This document shows positions 29,341 through 41,821 of a stretch of DNA of 64,000 bases, piece after piece. The translations under genes and the position numbers were made by a program. Under the pieces are notes generated by a model. That model made no database searches. It was not told the DNA's origin and saw only the letters and a list, made by a program, of their open reading frames with translations. Within the stretch, counting starts at the first letter, position 1. The number at the start of each line of letters is the position of its first letter. This DNA comes from the human T2T-CHM13v2.0 reference genome, Homo sapiens: the NCBI RefSeq assembly GCF_009914755.1, contig NC_060927.1; one strand, written 5' to 3'.

Positions 29341-31298
29341 AACACTGGCAAAGCCAGTACCCCATTGCAAATAATCATAGGGATCTTTCAAATTTTATTT
29401 TGCATGAAAAGATGCAGGGGTCCATGAGGCCCCATCTTTGTCTTCAATCTAAACTTCGCCGGGAATCTTTCTAACAATCTCCCAGAACACATGGCCTAGG
29501 GAGAGATTGCAATGCTATTTCTGTTAATGCAATATATAGCAGTAATGCTGAAGGAGGAAGGTCAGGATTTTAAAAGTTAGTACATCTGGGCTCACTCTCC
29601 TTGGGCAGAGACAAGCCTTTGCAAAAGGACTAGTAACTGTTGGTCTTTCACTCATGCCACAAAAGGGAAGTGAGCACACTCAGAATTGTGGAATTTCAGC
29701 TTTGGAAATGACTGAAGAGTTGAAACTGTTCAACTTTTACTGATAGTTGAAATCCCCTCTAAAGCATCTCCTCCAAATAGGTGCTGAGCCATTGCTTGAT
29801 TATCTCCAGTGACAGGAAACTTACATCCTGTTGAGCTCTACAATTGAACAGCTCTGTATTTTTTTTTTGGCTGAGCTATAATTGACTTGTGATTTCCACC
29901 CACTAATTCTAGTTACATCCTCTGACACCACACAGAAGTCAGTTCAACAAATCTGCCCACTTCCCCCATGACAACTCTTCTTTGATTTGAACAATGTGAA
30001 CATTTCCTCTTAGAGAAGAAACTGAATCTTTCATTTACTCCCTACAGTATGCTAGACAGTTTAAACCGTTACCTCCCATCATCCTATTAGTATCCTATGG
30101 GTTTGGAATTACTCGATGTTCATTAGCCAACTAAGGCTCAGACAGGTGGAATTCAGCAAGGCCACCCAGCTTAGAGGTGACAGGTCAGGAATTTAGGACC
30201 AGCCCTGGAAAGCCCAGGTACCTTCCATCATTTTCTGCTGCTTCCCAGAACAAAGGAGCCTGGAAAGCCTCCTGCACTTAATACCTTTCAGGTGCTGTGA
30301 ACTTTAACCAGGACTGAAACTGAGCCAGACAATCTTTACTTGTGTCCTCAGCCCTGTGTCCTCAGTCTTCTAAATTGTCACTTTCACCTTTACATACAAA
30401 TTAAATATCAAGCCTCTAGCCCTTCATACCACAAGAAATCCAATACTTTGGAGGATTTTAGGGAAAGATTACCTCTTCTTGCCAATTGACATTTCACTCT
30501 CCAAGCTCCTTCTTCAGCTTCTCACCAGTCACCATTGGCTTCCTTGTCAACTGTTCTAACAAATGTCATCTTTTCACACCTTTTTATTAGGATCATGGAA
30601 TCAGCACTCCACCTCTGACCTGTTCACTCTCTCTTGCTTCAGTGACACAAAGCTGTTGTGTAGCAGTTTTTATTTAAGATTTGGTTGATGGAAGGGACAC
30701 AGAATAGGAAACATCTTAAAACTGCAAATCAGCCATAGTGATGTAGTCTGTGGCCATCTAATATTCAAGAGATTCCCTTGCCTTTGGCCTCTTTCCCATA
30801 GTCTACTCTTTCTAAACAGAGTTCCTTATCTAATCTTATCACCAAAGCACTTATCCTTTCAACCTTCAAGGGGAAGTAGGAGTCTCTTCATATGCACATA
30901 TTCTAGAAATCTCTGCCTAAGGAAGAGAGCACTGTGTGTTATTACGCAAAGGAATGCATCTCTTCATTGATTTAGCTCACTCTTCCAGTATGATCCTGGA
31001 CCCAGCCCTTGCATAATAACCAAAATGCTGATAAATGTGTTTTTCAAACAAAGGAGCAGCTTTCTCTCGAATAATTCTACCTATTTCTCCTGGCAGAGAA
31101 AATATTTGCAGCCAGCATAAAAAAGTAAATAAATAAAAAATAAAGTAAATGGATGAAAGGAAACTTGTTCTTATTCAGAAGCTTGTAAGATTATCCATCT
31201 TCAGAATAGAAAACTCTTAATATTGCAATCAGCAGCCCTGTCTAAAACAGAGCTTTCTGAAACATGGGACTCTCAATGAGTTCAGTCAAAAATCAATA

Positions 31299-31477
31299 CA
31301 CGTTGAGTATTTCTTATCTGAAATGCTTGGGACCAGAAGTATCTCAGATTTTGAAATATCTTGGGGTTTTGAAATGTTTCATATAGGCAATAAGATATCA
31401 TGGGGGATAGGACCTAAGTCTAAACACAAAATTCAGTTATGTTTTATATACAACTTATACACATAGCCTGAAGGTAA

Positions 31478-31514
<37 letters not shown>

Positions 31515-31683
31515 ATATTTAGTGTTGTACATTAAACAAAGTTTTGACTGCTTTTTGACTGAGCCCCATCACATGAGTTCAGGTGTGGAATTTCTCACTT
31601 GTGGCATTATGTCAGCTCTCAAAAAGTTTTGGATTTTCGAGCATTTCAGATTTTGGATTTTTGGATTAGGGATGTTCAACCTG
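31299..31683. mobile_element. Tigger4b/MER46 (Zombi)-like TcMar DNA transposon
   Basis: TIRs ca(c)gttgagtat..ttatctgaaa / tttggattagggatgttcaacctg; internal aaatgcttgggaccagaag; contains a (TG)n at ~31480-31505. Confidence 0.85.
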
Positions 31684-31804
31684 GGCTAACCTTAAAACAG
31701 AAAACTAAAGAAGACATCTCGGATTAAAGCAAGTAGTCTTGACCATTCGCCTTGCCAGAGTCCTAAAATGTGAAGTTACCCCCAAAATCTGAAGGTCTAT
31801 GTAG

Positions 31805-32412
31805 TGTCAAAAAGGTGTTACCCTTTTCTCCCCTTCTGTAAGAGTCACAGCTGTCACTCCTATAACAAAAGACAGGTTAACAAGAGAAGAAACATAACAA
31901 ATTTATTTAATCAATGTTTTATGTGACATGGGAACCTTCAGAAATGAAAGCCTAAAGACCCAGGGAAAACTATTTTTATGCTTAGATTTAATGAAGATTA
32001 GACAGCCATGTAGAAATGTGATGGGACAAAAGGGTATGATCTAATGATAATAGACTCGGGGGAGAAACCCAGCACCTATTCAGATTCTTCTTGATCTGTG
32101 TGGCTGTCCTTTTCTCTTGCATAGCACACGGTACCTTATGCATGACAGTCTTTAAGGGAGAAGGGAGAAGCTCAGAGTGTGAGCTTTTTAGGTTTTACGG
32201 GTGTGTTGGGGAAGAGGAGTTTTAGTTTCTGTAACCCATCCTGGATGAGAAGAATTCTGATCTCTATGCATCACTTTGGGTGGACAAAAAAAAGGCAGCA
32301 TACAAGAAGATGGGAGAAGATCAGAAAGACCTTGCTTCCAATCCCCTTCAGTTCAAAATACTCAGCACACCATAATGCCATACTTTGGGGTATTGTGTTC
32401 TGAGCCCTGACA
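31805..32412 (-). mobile_element. ERV1 (MER4-group) solo LTR
   Basis: ataacaaaagacaggttaacaagagaa..aaatttattt; ends ccatactttggggtattgtgttctgagccctgaca. Subfamily uncertain. Confidence 0.7.
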
Positions 32413-32765
32413 TCTAGAATTGAGCAGAAAACTTACTTGCCAAACACTGCTTCAAGGCCTGTGCAGAAGGTTCCAGTTCTGAGCTATGCTGCTGCTCTCC
32501 TAGGCAGCAATCTCTTCCTGGCAATATATTCAAGAGACAGTTAAAAAAATATCTCTTCTCCATTTACTGCTTTAGAAACAGAATCCACTGCCTAATTGAG
32601 AATCCTTTCTGCCTAATTACTCCATTCCCATTTTTTTTTTTGAGCTGCAGAGTTGCTGTGGAATTATGTAGTGTATAATTTCATCATTTAGCAATATGTA
32701 AATCAGGAGAAGAAAGGAAGACAGAGAGAGAAGCAAGAGAGGAGTGATCATCCCTTTAAATTTCT

Positions 32766-32804
32766 GACGAGATCGGGTGCGTTCAGGGTGGTATGGCCAT
32801 AGAC
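32766..32804 (-). pseudogene. 5S rRNA pseudogene fragment (nt 1-39), tail-less retrocopy
   Basis: Reverse complement GTCTATGGCCATACCACCCTGAACGCACCCGATCTCGTC matches the 5' end of human 5S rRNA with 2 CpG-type changes; 16-bp TSD atccctttaaatttct at 32750 and 32805. Confidence 0.93.
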
Positions 32805-32835
32805 ATCCCTTTAAATTTCTATGTGAAGAGATGGA

Positions 32836-33236
32836 TGACATTGTTTGGATATATGTCCCCCCTGAATCTCGTGTTGAAGTGTAATCCCCAGTAAGGCCTG
32901 GTGGGAGGTGTTTGGAACATGGGGGTGGATCCCTCACAAATGGCTTTGTGCCATCCCCTTAGTGATGAGTGAGTTCACACAAGATCTGGTTGTTCAAAAG
33001 TGCATGGCACCAGCCACCCTCTCTCTCTTGCTCCCATTCTGCCATGTGAGACAACTGCTTCCCCTTTGCCTTCTGCAATGAGTAGAACTCCATGAGGCCT
33101 CCCCAGAAGCTGAGCAGATGCCGACGCGATGCTTCCTGTACAACCTGCAGAACCATGGGCTAATGAAACCTCTTTTCCTTATAAATTACCCAGCCTCAGG
33201 CATTTCTTTATAGCAATACAATAATGATGTAGTACA
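32836..33236 (+). mobile_element. MSTB-like MaLR solo LTR
   Basis: tgacattgtttggat..gcctggtgggaggtg..cctgcagaaccatg..ctttatagcaa..agtaca; TSD atgga/atggg. Confidence 0.88.
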
Positions 33237-34249
33237 ATGGGCAATGAGGCATGTGTAGACAAGGGAAAAGCCCAGGTCACCTAGCAAAGCTGGGTTTAAA
33301 TTCCAGTTCCTCCACTTAAAAAACTACTTTTGGCTTGTTTGTTGCCAGTGTCTGTCACACATGAAATCACTTTTAATTCTCCTGGCTGTTCTGCCATATT
33401 CTACAGACGAGAAAATGATGGATATGAGATTATCTTTTCCAGAGTTAAGGAAAACCAAATCTTTTACCTTATGTCCCCTGGAAGCTATCTCTGTCTAGGG
33501 TTCTAAGGTAGGTCCACCCCTGGGAGCACCTCTCAGGTTTGCCTATGGGTGCTCTTCAGACTCTGGCTGAGTGTGTAGGGTGACAAGGACCTGGCCTGTC
33601 TCCCAGCCCACTTACTCAGGAAGAGGCATCTCATGGCGAAGGCAGACACCCTTGGGCTGTCACATTCATTCCTCAAAGGATGGTGGCTCTAATTTCCCAG
33701 ACTACTGAGAGCATCTTTGCTTTGAATTTTCTCTGAGGGACCTAGGATTGTACTCTTTTTCTCTCTCTGGGAAAAGGGGCCCTTCTTATTCCTTTTACCA
33801 GACAAATTTAGGATTTCCCAATTAGGCTTAGGGCTGGTGATGCAAACCTGGCTTCACCCTTTCTAAGGCAAAAAGTCAAGTTTTGATTTTTTCCTGTTTC
33901 TTCATGAGACACTAAGGTATGCAGGAGATGGATGCAGGAGAACTGGGAAATTACTTCCTCTTCTGAGCCTTAGATTTTCTACCTCTGTAAAAATAGTAGG
34001 TAAGAACTAGGTACTCTTCCACTTTCTAACATAACATTCTATCCTTCTATGACCAGAGGCCTCAGAGCCCAGTGTTGTGACACAGTTGAACTAATCTCGT
34101 ATTGACAGGGAGAAGAATTAAATGACCCAGTGAACCTATCTGCTTATGCCAGCATGGAAGACTTAGCAAGTACACACCAGAGAATTTTCCTTACAAACAC
34201 TGTTTCTCATACAGGATAGAGATTTGCCCTACTCATGGCCAGGACACAG

Positions 34250-34450
34250 TGAAGTCTAGTGGAAAAGCACAGGGCTTGGGATTACAAGACCTGGAGTAGA
34301 GTATTGCCTTAGCCAGGTCCAAGCTGTCTGACCCTTGCAATATACCTTACCCCTCTATGCTTCAAGTTTCCTTACCTGTAAAATGAGGATAATAATACTG
34401 TCCCCCAAAGGTGGTTGTAGAATCAAGTTAGAAATTTCACTGTAAATTAC
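34250..34450. mobile_element. MIR relic
   Basis: ctgacccttg..cttcaagtttccttacctgtaaaatgaggataataatac core. Confidence 0.65.
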
Positions 34451-34659
34451 AGTCTTTAACAAAAACAAGAGATGTTATTGATACTAATTTTGAAAAGGCT
34501 TGAGAAACCGTTAGGCTAGCTACATACTGAAGAGCCATTATGACAGTGATGGGGCCTTAAATTTACATTTCATTTTAGACTTTCCAAGGGCAACAGAGAT
34601 ATACAGAATAAAATGTTGTGTAGTTAGGAAATACATAACTTTCTTAGATATAATCTTTC

Positions 34660-34960
34660 TTACTCCTTAGCTTCAACAAATATTGATTGCCTAGAAGATG
34701 GCAAACACCAATTACAGGGCTACTGATATGAACCAGACAGGCAGAGTTTCTACCCACAAACTCTTTGTATTCTAGGAGGGGAAGCAGAAAGTAAGCACAT
34801 AAACAAACACACAAATAATTGTATGTACTCTATTGGTGTTATAATACATCGAAAATAGGGTGATGTGGGGTTGTTTTATACCTAGGGTGGTCAGTGAAGG
34901 CCTCTCTGAGCAGGTGACATTTGAGCTGAAATTTGAATGATGAGAAAAAGGTGCCATGGA
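34660..34960. mobile_element. L2 relic
   Basis: tcaacaaatattgattgcct..ggtcagtgaaggcctctctgagcaggtgacatttgagctga. Confidence 0.65.
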
Positions 34961-35047
34961 AAAATCTGGTTATAGAGCTAATCAGAAATCAACCCAGGCC
35001 TAGCATCCAGGACTCAAGACTTCCTCCTGTGTTAAATTTTAATTTAA

Positions 35048-35353
<306 letters not shown>

Positions 35354-35721
35354 CTCCAGTGATTTATTATGTTGGTTTTTCCCCTGAATCCTGAGTCCAC
35401 ATATCTGTCCAGATAACCAGGATTTGCCTGCTTTGGACCCTGATGCTCTTCTCGCCAGGGTTTACAGTGTGTTCTCCTCTCCCACCCTGGGGCCAAGACT
35501 CATCTGTCCTTCAGCTCTCATGGCATGTTCATTCAACATAACTATCCCAGGCCTTATTATTGTAAGTCTCTGCTGTACGTCATAAGTCATCTATACAACT
35601 GAGTTCAACAATGATTGAGTTTTGGTCATTTGAAAGATATCCAAGGTAGATACTTTGGGAATTAAGAGCTAACCCCTGCCCATTAGAAGGTCACACAAAG
35701 TCTATTTTTAAAGGGTGGAAG

Positions 35722-36022
35722 ATGCTGTTTGTGGTGCCTCACACTTGCAATCCCTGTGCTTTGGGAGACCAAAGTGGGAGGATCCCTTGAGGCCAGGTGT
35801 TTGAGACTAGCCTGGGTGAGACCCTGTCCTTACAAAAAAATGTTAAAAACTTAGCCAGGTGTAGTGGTGCACGCTTGTAGTCTCAGCTACTTGGGAAGCT
35901 GATGTGGGAGGATTGCTTCAGCCCAGGAGTTTGAGGGTTCAGTGAGCTATGATCTATGATCACATCGCTGCACTTTAGACTGGGCAACAGAGAAAGACCC
36001 TGTCTCTTAAAAAATAAATAAA
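35722..36022 (+). mobile_element. Alu (AluJ)
   Basis: Diverged Alu with AluJ features (gaggccagg..tttgagactagcctggg; cagtgagctatgatc). Confidence 0.88.
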
Positions 36023-38439
36023 GGGTAGAAGAGGGAGAATGGAAATAGTAAGTGCGCAAATGAATGTTTTTATCCATTCATCCTGAATTTATGGAACACT
36101 GATGGTGTATAAGGCATTATATAAGGTGCTACTGGGCTCACAGAAATAAATCAAGCAGAATCTGTGCTCTCAAGAAATTCCTAGTTTGGTGAGAAGGAGA
36201 GCCTTAAATATATAGATAATGATAACAGAAAGATACTATACGCAGAGAAGTATAAAATAAATATAAGCAGTAGTAAGTAGACAGCATTATTTCCTTGGAG
36301 GTGAACCATGGAAGTCTTTTTGGAGGAGTGGCATTTGAGCTGAGCCTTGATGGTGAGGAGGAAAGCTCAATCTAAGTGGAAGGAAAAGCAAGCAGGTCAT
36401 GAAGGCAGGAAAGCAGGAGGGTTTGGTTGAACATATGCATAGGGAGGGGAGTGACCCACCTCCTGCGAACCTTTGTTTTCTTACCTGCTCTTCTCTGCCT
36501 CTGCTCCCAGGCCTGATCCCCACACAGGGTGTCTTTGATTACAGGTACACAGGGCTGTTACTCTTGTTTCTTTGAAGACATAGCTCCCTCATTTTACAAA
36601 TAGAAATGTCATGTCTGAAAATCACTAGGCTGCGGGTAATGATGGGGCCTCTTGTAGTGCTTCTTTCAGTCTTAAGAATTAGAATTTCTGCCACGTGATG
36701 ACTGTTCTCAGCATCTCATTTAAGAAACTTACGTGAGCTGTGCCCTCACACCAAACAAATGAGCGGCAGCCAGATGAAAGGGGTCCTGATCTCTCAATTA
36801 AGGTCCATCCGAAGATTGTTTCCCATGATTCTGAAATTCCATCTACCTGGTGGCATCTCCACCTGCTTGTCCCACAGGCACATTAGACTCAACAGACATC
36901 CTAAACTGAACTTACCCCTTATCTTCCCCAAACCTGCCTCTTTTCTCATACACATTTTGACGAATTGTTCATGTAATTAGCAACTAATGCAAGGGTATCA
37001 ATTCAAGTTACTGCATTCCTATCCTTGGCTCTTCCAGGTCTCTCACATTCTACAAAAAATTAGTAGCATGGGTACTCCCAGTGTGAGCAATTACTACAGG
37101 GTCCAGGAATCCAGGGGTCCTGATGGGCAGCTGGACACTGAGAAAGGGGGGTCTTGGCCCTGCCACTTAATGACTGTGTGGCAATTCATTACTCGTTTTG
37201 CTACCTCTTCTGAAAATTGGGCATACGAGACCTTTTTCACAGTGAATGTGGAACTATATGTGTGAATGTGCATTAGTAATTAGAAAACGCCATACCAAAT
37301 CAGGTCATATGAAAAGAGTCTACTGGAAGATTTTATTGCTTGCAACAAGAATGGTATGTACCTGCTACTTATTCACTATGGAACTCTGAGCAAGCTCCTC
37401 CTCCTCTCTTGTCTCTGCCAATGGCGGAGCTGGGGAGTGGGCAGCAGTGGGGGTTATATGAAGATCAAATAAGATAATGTGGAGTATGTATGGGAGTTAC
37501 GAGAGCTTTCTTCTAGTCACAATTTCCCACTTATGCGTTATGTCACGAATACCCAAGAGCGCCCCTTTCTAAGCCTCAGTTTTAGCGTCTGAAAAAGGCT
37601 CTGCTATTACTACTACTACTAATAAACAAACAAATAAACAAATGCCAGCGAGAAAATCATTAGACTAGACCATTTCTAAAGTCCCTTCTGGTAGATAATC
37701 GAACAAGTTAAATTTAAAATTTCTAAGAAATTAATCGGCTCAATACAAAATGCCATTCTCAAGTCAAGTGAGAGCCATTCAGTGGTTAATGGACAGTTTG
37801 AGCGAATCTGTGTAGGAGATAAACTGTTAGAAGTGCTGCTCCAGCTTCACGTTTTATTCACCTACAAAGGGCAGAGGACAAGATCAAGAGACCTGGTCAT
37901 GAGCTCTGTCTAACCCTGGGCAAGACTGGGTCTTATTCTTCTTTTCGTCAAACCAAAGGGCATGGACTTAATGTTCTCTGAGGCAGTTTTCCATTTACAA
38001 GCCTATGAATCTAACTTCTTTGAGTCTAACTTCTAACAAGTCTTGGGCACAAGGAATCAGGCTGGCCTCCTGCGTGTGCTGAGACGCGCCTGGTTAGAGC
38101 AGATGGAGTGTGTCTATCATGGCGGCGGCGTAACCAGTCTGGTCACTTCAGATGTCTCTCCAATTAACACTCATGGCGGCAGCCAACTGCTCAAGCAGCA
38201 GAACGGGCTGGTGGAGAAGATGGCGGGGATGCCTGGGCCTGCTGCCACGCCTATTATCTAAGCCTCACCCGAGCAGCGGATGAGTGGAAGGGGCCAGCCC
38301 AGCTTCACAGTGTGTGGGAGGTGGGAGGAGTGGGTGAAAATGGGAGGTGAGATGTGTGCAGGGAAATTTCTCTAACTGTAGAGTCCTAGAAAGTTAGAAA
38401 TGGAAAATTCTCATTCAAGAATGGCCTCTACTATCTGCT

Positions 38440-39000
38440 TTGATTTCACTTCCCTCGTCTTCATTCCCATTGTGCCTGACATGGTTCAGGAGCCCATCAC
38501 CTTTTCCTTCTTACTTCCGGAGGAATCTCTCTGCCTTCCATTTTTTCCCCCCTCTCTAAACCATGCCCTGCAAGACAGCCAGACTGAAATTTCTAAAATA
38601 CAAATGTGAGTATGTTATTCCTTTGCATTGCAATGTGTTCCCATTGCCTTCCGGAAAAAAAAAAAAACAACTCAAAATCCCATAGCCTGACATACGCAGA
38701 CCCCCGGAGACCTGATTTACTTAATCTCTTCCTTTTCCCTTCCCATCCCACAATGTCTAGCCATTGGAGAATTACTTGAAATTCCTCCAATCCACCAAAC
38801 TCTCTCCATATTCTTCCTTCTGCCTTCCTTCCCTTATTTGTCTGGCAAAGAGGTGCTCAGCTTTTAAAACTCAGAGATGTCGCCTCTTCTGGGAAACACT
38901 CCAGGACCACCCTCTCTGTGTTCCCATAATAGCTGAGTAATCGCTACCGGAGCATTTACCACACTACACTCTGAGCTTTTGAGGGATGAGAATGTGTCTA
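38440..39000. mobile_element. L2 relic
   Basis: acagccagactgaaatttctaaaatacaaatgtga..; aaaactcag..cctcttctgggaa; gagctttt..gaggga..gaatgtgtct. Confidence 0.55.
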
Positions 39001-39363
39001 ATTTATTTTTTTAGGTATTTGCATCAGAGGCAAAATTGACTTGAAATCGGATACCCTACTGATCCCTAGAGTTAATTTGTCTAGTGTGGCTTTGGTGCCA
39101 TTCCTTGATCTGTGACTTTGATCGCCAGGTCACCAGCAAAGGAAGCACATGGTAAATGGAAGTTGACTGAGTGAAGGAACCCCCTCATTTTACAGAAGAA
39201 AAAACAGACCTGAAACAATAGTGGACTTATCTGAGCCTACATGGAGGGAGAGTCAAAGGAATTCATCTCTTGACTCCTAGTCTGGTGCTCATTCAACTAC
39301 CTTACATTCTCAAGGGGTTTCAACAAATCCTCCTGTTAAGAAAGTAGTATTGCCCTCACTGGA

Positions 39364-39365
<2 letters not shown>

Positions 39366-39395
<30 letters not shown>
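39366..39395. repeat. (GT)n microsatellite
   Basis: Direct reading, ~15 units. Confidence 0.95.
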
Positions 39396-39396
<1 letters not shown>

Positions 39397-41226
39397 TACG
39401 TGCACGTGTACGCCCAAGGAAGATCCTCAGTTCGATCTGAATTTGCCACATCTCCAAGCTTTTTTGGAATTCCCGGCTTGTGGGCTGGGTATTGAGAGAG
39501 AGGCAGCACAGTCAGGGTAGGCAAGGGTAGAGCAAAACCATTTAAAACACGCTGGGAAGCTCAGAGGCTTGGCAAGGCTGGGAGGTGTTTAGAGTAAAAA
39601 CATACAGCAATTATGAACCATATCTACTGTTTCAGGTATGGATGTTATCTCTGGGTCTCACTCGCCAGGCTATGGCAAAAGGCCCCACAAAGCTTTCATC
39701 TCCCAAGCATGTAGAAAATCCCTGCCTGTGTTGTTCTTGGGAGGGAAGGTTTGGCTAGGAGCAATTTTTCCTGAAAAATCAAAACAACTCCTCCTCAGAG
39801 TGGGCCCAGCTTCCAGGTGTAGCCTGGGAGCTGGGCATGCTTCCCTGAGCCTGGGTGTGAGTGTGAAGGCTTCTGGAGTCAAGAGGGGCATCTGAAGGTC
39901 AAACTCCAGGGAATCCAAACCTCTGAGCCTGATTTACAGCTTGGGCCTTAGGTCTCCTCCCACTCAGCCCACAAGAACCCCCCAATTTCCTTCTCTGCGA
40001 GCCAGCACTCCTCAGAGCTGCGAAATGAGATCTAAGGCAGTGGATTTTTCTGGCCTTATGTATGGATTTTCCCTGAGAGGATGGCAGAAGTGGTTCTTGA
40101 AAATGTGGGCAAGAGAGTATCATGGTGACTCAAAAAACAACAAGCCTGGAACAGAGCTTGGAGATCATCTAGCTAACACTCTTATTCATCTTTTCTTCTT
40201 TCTTTCCCTTCTTTTCTAATATTTTCTCCCCTCCTCCCCCTTCCCCACTTCCTTTGCCTTTCATTCCTTTTCTTGTTGTGGCTTTCAAATAAAATCTTAT
40301 CTAGAAACCCAACATATGAAACTTAAAAATAAAACTGCTCCAGGTAATTTTGGTGGGCAACGGGTTCTGGTCTCCCTTTCTGAACTTGCCTCTTATAGGA
40401 CCCCCGTAGAGTCCTGTGAATCCCCTCTTCGTATCCTGGACTTCACAGATAGCAGTTTGGATACCTCTAGGGGGGTCCAATATCCTTATTTTGTGCATGG
40501 GGTAACTAAGGCCCAGGGAGGAGATGGGATTTATTAGAAGTCAAACAGGGAAATAAGGGAGGAGTTGGGGTTCTCCAGGGACTTTCTTGGCCTTCTAGGC
40601 TTCCTTCTGGTAACCTGTATTAGATCCCATGTCAACCCTATGTAGGCACAGTCTTGCCCTAGGTTCTGTAGCCAGTAAATGCTGTTTTTATTAAGGAAAA
40701 CATCAGTGGGGATTTAGGAAGCCCTGGGTCAGTAGCTCCAGGAAATGAGCACCAAGCCAGCCTGGCCACTTGCCCCCTTGGCCCTGGTGCTGTGGCTCCT
40801 CTCCCTGTACTTGGAACCTGGGCCCAATTCCATTCCTCCTTTTCCTGAGCCTTGCCTTTATAAAATCTCTTGGAAGGGGCCCTACTACTTGTTAATGTAT
40901 ACTTAACTTTCTTCTCCTATTCCCCATCCAACCAGGGCCTGGCCTGCCCTGAGCCTGGCCCAGGTATGAGAATGTGTACCTGCTCCTAGGCCCCCTGACC
41001 CCAAATTACTGCTTGAATCTCTACTCACCTGCCTCCAACCATGCTGACCATGTTCAGCTGGCCCTACCTTTCCTCACACAGACCCTCTCCTGGCTGCCTT
41101 CTCCCTTTGCCTGGACTTATGTTCTCCTGACAAGGTGCCTGTGTCCACAGACTTGGGCTTCCTGTAGCCTTTTGGGGAGGCTACGTGGCGGTGGAAAGGA
41201 TTGACTGACTTAAAAATGTTCTGGGT

Positions 41227-41821
<595 letters not shown>

